Positions 52,086 to 64,000 of a DNA stretch of 64,000 bases are shown here, in pieces. The number at the start of each line of letters is the position of its first letter. Positions within the stretch are counted from its first letter, which is position 1. Below the pieces are notes generated by a model. It saw only the letters and a program-made list of their open reading frames with translations. It had not been told where the DNA came from and searched no databases. The stretch is from Mobula hypostoma. Its lineage: Eukaryota. The position numbers were made by a program, and so were the translations under genes. The DNA lies in contig NC_086097.1 in the NCBI RefSeq assembly GCF_963921235.1, positions 224,132,001-224,196,000 of the forward strand. The letters are read 5' to 3'.

Positions 52086-55000
52086 AGAATAGTAATAGCA
52101 AACATGTAATAAATAATATTGAGAACAGAAGTTATAGAGTCCTTGAAAGTGAGTCCATAGATTTTGGAACAGCTCAGTGAGAGATGAGTGAGGCTATCCA
52201 CGCTGGTTCAGGAGCCTGATAGCTAATAACAACTTCTTCCCCTCTGCCATTAGATTTCTGAATGGACAAGAAACCCATGAACACTACCTAGGTATCTTTT
52301 TCCCTTTCTTTTTGCACTATTTATTTAATTTATTTGTTTCTTATTGTAATTTATAATTTTTATTACTACACATTGCATTGTCCTGCTGCTGCAGAACAAC
52401 AAATTTCATGACACATGCTGGTGATATTAAACCCGATTCTGAATTCTGATTCTGATTTGTAGGCTTTTCTGTTCATATGTTTCCATAGCAGGTCATGATG
52501 CAACCAAACAGGATACTCTCTTCCACAATCACCGTCCGCACAGGTGCACCACAGGGCTGTGTGCCGGTGCTATATTCAGATTTGCTGACCACACCACTGT
52601 CGATGGCCAGATCAAAGGTGGTGACGATTCAGCATATAGGAGGGAGATTGAAAATCTGGCCAAGTGGTGCCACAACAACAACCTCTCACTCAAAATCAGC
52701 AAGACCAAGGAGCTCTTTATTGACTACGTGAGGAGAAAATGAAGCCAGGGGTCAGAGGTGGGGAGGGTTAGTAACCTTAACTTCCTCGGCTTTGTCATTT
52801 CGGAGGATCTGTCCAAGGACTGGCAGTTACAAAGAAGGCAAGGCAGTGCCTCTACTTTCTTTAAAGTTTGCACAATCCAAACTGGCTGATGGATATGAAT
52901 GTGACTTATGGATTTCCAAATTTAATCAGATTTGTTCTGAATCTATCCTACTTTTCCCTAACTGTATTACCAAGTAGCACAATAGGTGTGAAGTTTGGAC
53001 TTTGCGCCAATACAGACTGTGAATTGGTTACTCTTATCAATGGTGTCATGAATAAATACATCAGCAACTGCTGAATTGGTGAAGACGAGGAGAAGTTGGG
53101 TTATCAGTCACATTTGTTCACTTATCATCGGCTGAAAACCCAGTCTAGCAGCATTGTCCTTTAGACATTAATTAGCTTCGTCATTAGTGGTGCCCCCTCT
53201 GATCCGCTCTTGCTTATGGGCATTGACGTCTCCAGCTCTAGTGTAGTTTGTCCCCTTGTTGTTTTCAGTGCTTCTTCAAACTATTATTCAGCTAGGTGAT
53301 GCCATATTTGAATTTTGTTAACCCTGTGTCACACACTATATTCTCATTGAAGGGTCTGCACTGGAATGACCACAAGACACAGGATCAGAATTAGGCCATT
53401 CAGCCCATCAAGTCTTCTCCTAAAAGGAGTGAGCTGCTTTCGGCTCCTGGGTGTCAGCATCTCGGAGCATCTATCCTGGGCCCCTACGAAGAAGGAGCAC
53501 CAGCTTTTCTACTTTTTTAGACATTTGAGGAGATCTGGTATGTCTTTGAAGAATCTGAAAAGCCTCTACAGATGTACGATGGGAATCATTTGACTGGTTG
53601 CATTGTGGCCTGGGAGGAAATTGCAACGCGCAGGAATACAAGAGGACACAGAGAGCGGTGGGCATAGCCAGCTCCACCACTGGTACAGCTCACCTCACCA
53701 GAGGTGATGTCTCAGTAAGGCAACACCCATCAATATGGACTCCCACTGTCCAGGCCACGTCCTTTTCTTCAAGCTGCCATGAGCCAGGAGGTAGAGGGTC
53801 CTGTAGATTCATATTGATTTAAGATTATGTTAACTTATGTTTGTCATGTTTGTGAGATTGAAAATCTGGCTGAGTGTTGCCATAACAACCTCTCGCTTAA
53901 TGTCAGCAAGAACGTGGATCTGATTGTTGACTTTGGGAGTAGAAAACCAGAGGTCCATGCGCCAGTTGTCATCAGGGGCTCAGGGGCGGAGAGGGTCAGA
54001 AACTTCAAATTCCTTCATTTAAAGCTGGACTCTTTCCACAATCTGTTCTGGGTCCAGCATGTGCATGCCATCACGAAGAAAGCATAGCAATGCCTAATAG
54101 TGTCAGGAGAACTGCTATGTTACCATGGCATCATAAACAGTGTACAATCCTCATTAAACTTTCCCCGACTGACTTTGAAGGAAGGAACATGGTTATAGAG
54201 CAGCTGAAGATAGTTAGGATTAAGACAATGCCTGAGTAGCTGCCTTGTGAGTTCTATAGCCCCTTCCATTGCCCAGGTGCTCACGTTGTATGATGAATTC
54301 CAGGAATCTTTGGAGACTCAGTGACATCCAATTAAAGTTAATGCAGTGGTCCAAGAAGGTAGCTCACTACCTTCTTCTGGGAATGAGGGATGGACAATAA
54401 ATGGATAAATGGTGGGTGCAATAATATCTGCAAGGGACCAGTCAAAGTACCAGTTTAGTATTCTGATAACTGACCCAAATTGACAACATGGCCCTTCTGA
54501 GGGACTTACTGGCAAGCAGTTTAATGTATTGCACTGAATAATGTGCTTGCAGATTAACGTGTTTCATTTTCAGCACATTTAACCTCAAACTAAGGCATTC
54601 ACATATTAAAATTCAGTCCAATAGTCTAAGTAAATCCAGATACGGAGATAGAATAGGTTATCTTGCTTTTTGTTTGAGTCACTATGTTATAATGCTAGTG
54701 ATGTTAGACCATAGGATCATGAGCATTTATGTGAAATATTGGCATCAGTCGTTATGTTTCGAGCTGAGCTGGCAGGAGATGTGCTACTTAGAAGCTCGTG
54801 ATATCCAGCCCAGGCCTGCCCTCCTGAATCCTTTCATGTTTTTGCTTTTCTATAGATCTGACAAAACTTCTGGAACAATACTTTAAGATATTTTCTATTG
54901 AATCTTTACTATTTGAAATGCCTATATTAATGCAATTTATTACCAAATCGTTGACTTGATTTGACACAAATGCATTTCACTGTGTTTCGATGTATGTTGC

Positions 55001-56837
55001 AAATAAAGCTAATCTCTTTAAAATCTTTATTAGGTTGAATTTTCTGATACGATGCGATAGGTACTTTGCTGACATTTGATCTATGTCATTGAAACTGTCA
55101 TTGAAAAAATGTTATGATATTTGCAGTTGAACACATAGTTTGACATTGTTCTTTAATTTTTGATGGGCCAAGTTGCGTTAAAGGTTGAACTGATTGTGCA
55201 TGAATTGTTTTCAAACTTTTCTCTATGTCTCAGTTTATCAGATACATTTGCAAGCAGCAAAGGGAGCTGACAGAAGCTATGTAGGAGGTCCACGTTTTAG
55301 CAGGGCTTCAGTCTGTTATGCCTGAGATCCAGTTGGCTCATAAGAGCTACTTTGTAGAATGGTTACGATGCTGAGGCCTGGAAATCATTGGATTCATACA
55401 ATTACAGAAGTTTAGTGCTCTGGCACTTGCGTATGAGTTCAGCCCTTGGTACAGCACTTTCAGTCTCCTTCTGGAAAAGTCTTTATCAGACTTTCTTTGA
55501 AGACATGCCTTTCGATCATGACAAGGAGTAAATAATAATGCTTTGGATTTTCCTTTGCAAATATTTTGCTGTTTATTATCTAAATGAACAGTTGATTTTG
55601 AAGCTTTCGGGCTGAATCCATACCACCCATCTCCCATTGATCCTATTTTTTCGTTCTTTCCACAACTTATCAACTTACCAAATTCCACCACTCACCTGCA
55701 CACTATTGGAGAATTTACAGCAGCCGGTTAACCTATCAATCCACATGGCTTTAAAAAGACTCTTAGACACTAGGATGTAAGAAAAATGGAGGTTGATGTA
55801 GAAGGGAAGGATTAGATTGATGGTGGAGTAGGTTTATGTTGTTCTGCACAACATCATGGGCCAAAGGGCCCATAATGTACTGTACTGTTCTGTGTTCTAT
55901 GTTCTATGCCATTGGGATATGGAAGGAAGTGAAGCTTCTGGAGGAAAAGTGTGTGGTCACAGGGATAAAGTGAAGATGCACACAGAGACCACCTAAGGTC
56001 AGGACTTTCGGTCTGTGTCACAGTGAGGCGGCAGCCCTGCGAACCGTTTCACCGTGCTGCCTCTTCATTGGTGCCTCATGTTCAACAACAGTGCACCGGA
56101 CCAGCTGAACACAGCTCCTGCGGTAGGAGCAATGGAATGGGAATGTACTGGCTTCTAAAATATGAAAGGCAGAACCTATGGCAAGAGAAACAGAATTAGC
56201 ACTTTGGTGCAACAACTTTTCATTAGAACGTATTAGTCACAGCCTGGATGACAGCACTCTCTCGCTACCAGACCAGCTTTAATCTGCTGATACTATGCCA
56301 GATGACAACCAAGACTACCGAAACCTGTGGTAGATTGGTGCATTCTCGGGTGGGACCATCAGTTAGTGTTTCTCTGGCTCAATGGGAACCTTACAGTCCT
56401 GTCAAACCTTAGAACATTCTACTTCTGCTCCCAGCAGAGAATGAAATATCATCTGTTTCTGGAATGGATTGTGTCTGGAAAACTCTCTTACGCAGGCCTG
56501 CACAGAGACTGTGAAATGGAACCAGTGCCACTAGCAGTGGCATGGAATGTCACAGCAGCAATAAATTATGTTCTGCTGTGTTCCTGATAGCCATAGAAAC
56601 AATGTGTGAACATGAGAACGTAGAACAGTACAGCACAGTACACACCCTTTGGCCCACAATATTGTGCCAACATTTTAACCCACTCTAAGATCAAACTAAC
56701 CTTCTCTCCCCAAATAGTCTTACATTTTTCTTTCATCCATGCACCTATCTAAGAGTCTCTTAACTGTCCCTATTATATGTTTTTACCACCATCCCTGACA
56801 ATTCATTCCACACACCTACAACTGTGAAGAAAAACAC

Positions 56838-57103
56838 AGTAGCATAGTGCCAGCAGACACTGAGTGTGGTTGGATTCCTACTGCTGTCTATAAGGAGTTT
56901 GTATGTTCTCCCCGTGACTGCACAGGTTTCCTCCGGGTGCTTCAGTTTCCTCCTACATTCCAAAGACGTACGGTTAGGATGTAAGTTGGTGCTGGAATTG
57001 TGGCGACACCTGTGGGCTGATTTGATTTGACACATACAGCACATTTCACAGTACGTTACAATGTTTGTTGTGCACGTGACAAATAAAGCTAATCTTTACC
57101 TTT
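56838..57103 (+). mobile_element. V-SINE with alternative (non-CR1) tail
   Basis: V-domain ggtttcctccgggtgcttcagtttcctcctacattccaaagacg; tail gtgacaaataaagctaatcttt. Similar copies at about 18280-18565 and 58175-58500 (minus strand). Confidence 0.7.
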
Positions 57104-59661
57104 AAACCTACTGTACCTTTTGTATCGTGCTGAAGTGTGACTCCTTATTGACCGTTTTGCTATATTGTGACCTCCCTCAGACCTGATCCAGGGTCACACA
57201 AATATCCTGGATGTGTAGATGAAATCCTGTTCACACTCTGGTCCATGTTTCCTCTAGCAGGCCTTGATGCTCTGCATGGCATTAGTTCAACCTATTCCTC
57301 CTCTAGATGACTCATGAGACCTTCTTGACCAGATACTCTCTTTCTGCTCGCATCAGATTACAAGATTTCTCAGGAGGTCTGGTAGTATTGTAGTAACCCT
57401 TTTGGTGAAGTCACAGAGTAACACAGCACAGAAACACACCCTTCAGCCACTTCATCATATTGACCAAGTTGCCTACCTAAGCTAGTCCCATTTGCCTGCA
57501 TTTGGCCCATTTCCTCCAAACCTCTCCTATCCATGTAAAGTCTGAATGCCTTTTTAATGTAGTATTGTACTCGCCTCTCCCTCTTGCTGTGGCAGCACAG
57601 GCCACCACCCTCTGTGTGACAGTACCCCTCAAATTCCCTTTAACTCTTACTACCTTCACCTTAAACCCATCCCTCTACTTTTAGAATCCCTCATCCTACC
57701 CTTTCCAGATCTTCAGAGGATCTTTGGAAAGAAATGTTGATAAATTAGATAATCCTGATAAATATTCCAGAAAGCAAACCAATGAGTGAATACTAGGATC
57801 TTTCTGAAATCAGTCTCAGTCATCAGATGATCAATTGAGTGTGTCTTCGGAAAGCATTCACAAGCATCAGACATAACTTCTTTAATCCTATTCAGTTAGA
57901 CCACAAATGGCAGGATGGCAGGGCTTGTTGGCAAAATGTTGAGCAGTATCTTTATTAGGTGTTAAGGTCTAATTTAATTAATAATGATCCTCAGGAAATT
58001 TTAATGCACACTTCATCACCTTCACCATTGTGGCACCTGGTGATAAAGAGCCAAATGATCAGGTACTGCAACTCAAGAATCCGCCCTAGAGATTCAATAG
58101 TGCTTGAACTACTGGAATTACGCGGGAGGGGGAAGTTTCCTTTATATTTAACGTTGTATGTACCTGTGTAATGATTAAAGATGGATTAGCTTTAATCTGT
58201 CATACTACAAAGTACATTGTGACATACAGTGAAATGCGTAGTTTGCATCAAATCAAATCTGTGAGGATTGTGCTTGATAGCCCGCAAGGGTCTCTGCACT
58301 TTTGACACCAACATAGCATGCCCACATCTCACTAACCCTAATTCATACGCCTTTGGAATGTGGGACGAAACCAGAGCACTTGCAGGAAACCCACGGGGTC
58401 GTGGAGCGAACGTACCAACTCCTTACAGACAGTGGCGGGAATTGAACCCTGATGTAGCGTAATAGCTGGCGCAGTAATAACGTTATGCTACTGTGCCACC
58501 CCATTTCATTTTATATCTCTGCATGCATCCTAATAAGGCCACCTCCAGTTCCTGCTCTGCTGCGTGAGGGGAAGGAATCTAAATGAGTTGAAATACTTGC
58601 TTTTGCCTTGGCAGCGTGTGTTGCTGCAGATGATTCAGAATTAATTATGTGTGAAAGTGCTGGCAGCTTCATACTGTGCTGAATGTTCTTTACAGTGTTT
58701 CCTGGTTTGTGCGTTTGTGTTTGCAGCTTGTCTTCGAGGAGCTGACAGAAAACCAGTGATCAGCGATGCACCTGCAGTGTGCTTGTCTGCGTTCCAGACT
58801 AGTGACGCTTCAGGACTGGGTCTCACTTTCACAAAGCTTACCACTCACCGCTATGTCCCCGCATTGAGCGAAAGCCACTGATTTTGTTGCATTAATGTAT
58901 AAATGGTTTGCACAGTTAAGTTTCATTTCTTTATACTGATATACAAGCTTTTGGCCCGTCTTTAGGGACTCAGCCCATAACACCTTGGAGCAGAATTAGG
59001 ACTTTCAGCCCATCAATAGATAGGCTTTCCAAATACTGTAGGCTCTCCAGAGGATACAATCATACTTGCTGGCTTTTCTGAATGGTATTTCTACGTTGCT
59101 TGCACTTTAATTTTCTTCTGCCTGCAATTATATATACTATAATTAATTATATATTATTAAGTATATGGTGACATGTATGTACTTCGATAATAAATTTACT
59201 TTGAGCTTTGAATTTGTTTACCTTGCTGTGTTCTATTCACCGTTCTCTGGTGAAATGGATCTGGCAGTTCTGAATGAGACAATTTCCCCTGTGGAGATTT
59301 GGAGGGCTTTATAATGTAAGGCTTACGTATTCTAAGATGTGGAAAAGTTCTGAGCACTCAACATTCTTTGAGCAGTTCAAATGGGGGTGATGATTACAAC
59401 AGAAATTAATAAGCTTCCAACTGTAAGTGTAATGGTATTGGGTTTGCTGACTGCGAAGTTCTAAACCCCAAGAAGACCTTAAGCCCTGCCAGATATAATT
59501 AGCCACAGATACTCTTACTAGGGGTTATGTTGTAACTACCCAATTTTCAAAGACAAATCCATTTCCCCGTTTATCCTCCACGGTGAGTTTAGCTGCCAAT
59601 ACCTCACTATTTCAGTGGTGGGTCCCCTCTGCCTACCAAGAAGGAGATACTTCCAGCAAAC

Positions 59662-60504
59662 AAAGATTCAAGATTCAAGTACATTTATTATCAAAGAATG
59701 TATATTTATACAACCTTGAGATTTGCTTGCTCACAGCTAACCAGAAAGCAAGAAACTCAAAAGAACCCAATTTAAAGAAAAAAAGACCAACACCCAATGC
59801 GCAAGAGAGAAAAAAACACAAAATGTGCAAACAATTGAAGTGAACAACAGCATTCTGAACCAAAATTGAGTCCTTAGGTCCAAATCCTGGAGTAGGCCCA
59901 AAACCTCGCTTATCAGCTCATTATATTAGCGGCAACAGAGCACAGCAACGGGGCAGTCTCCCAACACCTTGTGTTTTCTGTCTACTTGGGCCGACATTTA
60001 AATGGACCAAACAACGGAACAGCAAAAGGCTCCAATGCCATGGAGAGAGGAGTGACCATTGTGGAGAGCGAATGAAACTGGCTCTTGCCTCTGATCTAGG
60101 CTGGCGTTTAAATTGTCTAAATAGCAAATTGTACCTTGCACTAGGACCTGGCTGCAGTGAAATGCTCTGAGCCCAGATCATGTCATCCAGCGACTCGCTC
60201 CAGGCCCCGAGTTCGGTGCCCAGCACAAAGCCACTCTGAAGCTCTTCAAATCAGCTCGGTGCTGAGAGCAATCCAATCTTGTGCCCGGGCCAGTTGTATG
60301 GGCAATGGAACTCAATCTACAACGACTCTGCAAACACCATCTTGGCTCATCCTCTGAATTTACCTCACCACCGCTCACACCTTCCTGTTTGCAGCGATAA
60401 TTTAACACAAAGTACCTCAAGAAAGGTATTTTTAGTGATTTTTTTTGTCAGATTTCTTGGCTTTTTAACTTCCAGAGAGCTCTAGCATCATCTTAACTAG
60501 AAGT
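59662..60504 (-). mobile_element. Internally deleted LINE-like element (5' head plus 3' tail)
   Basis: The minus strand starts acttctagttaagatgatgct and ends gataataaatgtacttgaatcttgaatc. Confidence 0.5.
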
Positions 60505-62079
60505 TTAAGCACAGAATACAGCAAAGTAGTTTAAACACCGTTCATTTATTTTCAGTGATACTTAAATCCAAACAGCATTCTGAAAACACATTTAAAACTC
60601 AGAGGATTTCTATCTTACAGAAGATTTCCAAATTACAAACCATTTTGAAAACACAAAGCATTGCCAAAACACAGGTATGATTTCTAGAGGTTGAAAAGAC
60701 ATACCAATGAGTTATGGATGAACCTGCTGTCGGTCGCAGAAATCAAAGGCAGAGGAATGGGTTCTAGTTCACCCTATGTTTCTGTCATTCTTCTTGATAT
60801 CCTGGACTATTCTTAAAAAAGCCGGGACTGCTCTCTACATTTACACTGTTTTGTTTCTGTCATTTGACTGACTTCACACACATGTGATATTTTTCAGATA
60901 CCTTTTAACAGAAATGGTATAAAATCTTCTCAAGACAGAGATCCCAGATGCCCACAATTAATGCTATGAAGATGACTCTTTGAGCACACAAGTCTTCCAA
61001 CTATTAATAGATCAGTTATTTGAAATGCTAAGTGATAATATCAATCTGGTCTGCAAACTTTCTTGAACTAAGTAACTTAGCCAGTGTTCAACTTCAAACT
61101 GATTACTGCTTTCCATTTACATTAAAAACTGAAAACTGCCTCCCGTTTTACAACAGAAAACTGAACAAAGAATATTTGTTGGAAGTTCAACTTACTTAAA
61201 AACATGACTTTGGTCTTTAGGAGGATCAGCTGCTGTGTTTAGAAAGCTGAGTCTGGCCAAAAAGAAAAGGTCTCTCTCATCCCTGGACAGTGAATATCCA
61301 TCACTTAAGAAGGACGAGAAAGTCAATATATAACATTTTTAGGATTGAAGGAAATTGTTACCTCTTGCTAACTGACTCTGAGATATATTTTATGTTCATG
61401 TAGAATATGCAGAATTCACTGTCGTTTGTTCTCTGTGTTCAGCCTAGGACTTGTTTCATCTATTTCAGGTTTCTAATTTGATTCTAATCTTCACTCAGTA
61501 TCTAAGTAACTTAAAATCTACAGATGGAGAGTGTTTGACTACTTTCAGATTATCATGGTGGTGAATTCCAATAAGTTGCTATCTTTCAAATGAAGGTATT
61601 TCTCCTTATTCCAGTTCTGAATGGTGAACTCAAAATCTTAAGATCATGACCGTCTTTAGTTCTAGATTCAAGGCAGGGGAATTCGCATCTGTTCTGTAAA
61701 TTTCTATAATGGTGTCAATTTTGGAACTAATCGACCCATTCTACTCAATCTCTCCTCATGTGATAATCCTCTGAACCCAGGAATCAATGTATAAATCTTT
61801 TTGTTTTGGAGCTTCTCCAAGGCAAGTTTATCTTTTCTTAAGTGAGGTCAAAATGTATATAGCACTTTAATTTTCCCCTTAGCGTTACATAATTTCAGCC
61901 AAACTTTACTACTCTTACTCTCTAACCCCCTTGCATTAGATTCTAAATGTTTGCCTTCCTAGTAGGAATGCTCTGCTGTATGCAGACTTCCTTGTGGTCC
62001 ATATACAGAAGCCATAGACCCTCAGAGCTGTAACTGCATGTTTTCTTTCTAACTCCAACTGTTCTACAATCTAGCAAGC

Positions 62080-63170
62080 TTTGGAAGATAAGCCTCAGAA
62101 CCTGGGCCTCTGTACCTCCCTCTGCAATCGGATCCTCGACTTCCTAACTAGAAGATCACAATTTATGTGGATTGGTGTTACTACCTCCTTCTCATTGGAA
62201 CTGGTGCACCTCGGGGGTGTGTGCTTAGCCCACTGCTCTACTCTCTCTATACCCATTACTGTGTGGCTAGGCAGAGCTCAAATGCCATCTATACATTTGC
62301 TGATGATACAATTATTGTTGGCAGGATCTCAGATGGAGATGAGTGGGAATACAGGAGCTAGATCCTAGGATCTAGGAGCTAGATATACCAGCTAGTCAAG
62401 TGGTGTTGCCCAACATTCTTGCACTCAGCGTCAGTGAGACCAAAGAGGTGATTGTGGACCTCGGAAAGGGTAGGATGAGGGAACATGAACCAATCCTCAC
62501 AGAGTGATCAGAAGCGGAGAGAGTGAGCAATTTCAATTTCCTGAGTGTCAAGATCTCTGAAGATCTCTAACCTGGTCTAAACAAATCGATGCAGCTATGA
62601 AGAAGGCAGGACAGCAGCTATATTTCATTAGGAGCTTGAGGAGATTTGGTTTGTCACCTATGACACTCAAACACTTCTTTAGATGTACTGTGGAAAGCAT
62701 TCTGACAAACTGCATCACTATCTAGTATGGAAGGTGGGAGCTTCTGCACAGGATCGAAAGAAGCTACAGGAAGTTGTAAAGTTAGTTAGTTCCATCTTGG
62801 GTACTAGCCTCCACAGTATCCAAGATATCTTCAAGGAGCGGTGCCTTAGAAAGGCAGTATCCATCATTAAGGACCCACATCACCCAGGACATGCCCTCTT
62901 CTCATTGTTACCATCAGGAAGGAAGTACAGAAGCCTGAAGGCACACACTCAGCGATTCAGGAACAGCTTCTTCCCCTCTGCCATTCAATTCCTAAATGGA
63001 CATTGAACCTATGAACACTACCTCACTTTTATTATTTCTATTTTGGCACAATGTTTTAACTTAACTATTTAATATAGATATATACGTATATACTTCCTTA
63101 TTTATTTATATTTCTATATTACCATGTATTGCATTTTACTGCTGCTGCTAAGTTAACAAATTTCATGACA
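62080..63170 (+). mobile_element. Rex1/Babar LINE fragment
   Basis: [50 protein letters not shown]. Confidence 0.88.
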
Positions 63171-64000
63171 GCACACACAAAATGCTGGAAGAACTCAGCA
63201 GCCAGAAAGCACCCATCTGTCTCCTCTTGCTCTTGGGGAGCCCTACGTCATTTTGTACAGACACGGTTGGTTTCCCATTTTCATCTTGCGATAGACCATC
63301 TCGTCTGACCAGTCTTTTGGTGTACCGTGGCCCAACAGTAGGACGGCAAGACTCCCATATCCCACACGGTTGTTGGTCCATCCTGGGGCTCAGCACTCCT
63401 CACATGGGGGGGGGGGTTCCCTGACTTTTATTTTTGCCTTTACACTTATTAATCTATTCGATCACTGAACCCTGTTCACAGCACAAATTGTGCGAAGTCA
63501 GGTTTGTGGGTTTGGTAACTGGGGACAGAAGACACTCACTACCAGTAAGGTACCCATTTATTTACAGGACCAGACTAATCATTCAGTAAACCATTCAAGC
63601 TACTGTTGGTTACAAGTATTTATGTAAAATGTGCACCTGGGCCCTCTCTTACCCTTCCACCATTTCCATGGGCACGGTGATCCTCCACACGAAAGAGATT
63701 AAGTGCTTTCAGTGCTCTGGTTTTATACTCTATCTGTGCCAATTGGTAGCCAGTGGGAGGACTGCAATGCTCCGTAAACAGGTCAATCCCCAGCGAGCAT
63801 GAGGGAGTGGTTTTGATGATGAGGTAAGATGGAGACTTACTGCAGCACTATCTAAATGTCTCTTAAATGTTGATATCATACCCATATCCTCTACTTCCAC
63901 ACTCTCAGTAAAGACGTTCCCCCTCATGTTCCCTTTAAACATTTCACCTTTCAGCCTTAGTCTAGTCTCACCCAACCTCATTGGAAAAAGCCTGCTTGCA

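Overview
Eukaryotic (vertebrate) genomic DNA. The repeat content (V-SINE/HE1-like SINEs, CR1, Rex1/Babar, Penelope) suggests a cartilaginous fish, probably a ray (inference). The only host gene I can support is the 3' half of GDAP1 on the + strand: three coding exons at 2639-2733, 9620-9734 and 10323-10666. The rest is intron, 3' UTR and about 50 kb of intergenic DNA packed with nested mobile elements. These include CR1 and Rex1/Babar LINE fragments, an R4/Dong-type RLE retrotransposon inserted in a (TAA)n tract with an inversion, three solo LTRs, two mariner-derived fold-back MITEs, V-SINEs, internally deleted LINE-like elements and a 31-bp minisatellite. The most notable system is a young Penelope-like element (PLE) family with GIY-YIG endonuclease, inverted pseudo-LTRs and long TSDs. 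Every pLTR carries a minimal type-I hammerhead ribozyme; about 10 motif copies occur in the window, some in short non-coding derivatives. In the GDAP1 intron, the sense-strand ribozyme copy is the most mutated one. Family assignments come from motif recognition only; no database search was run.
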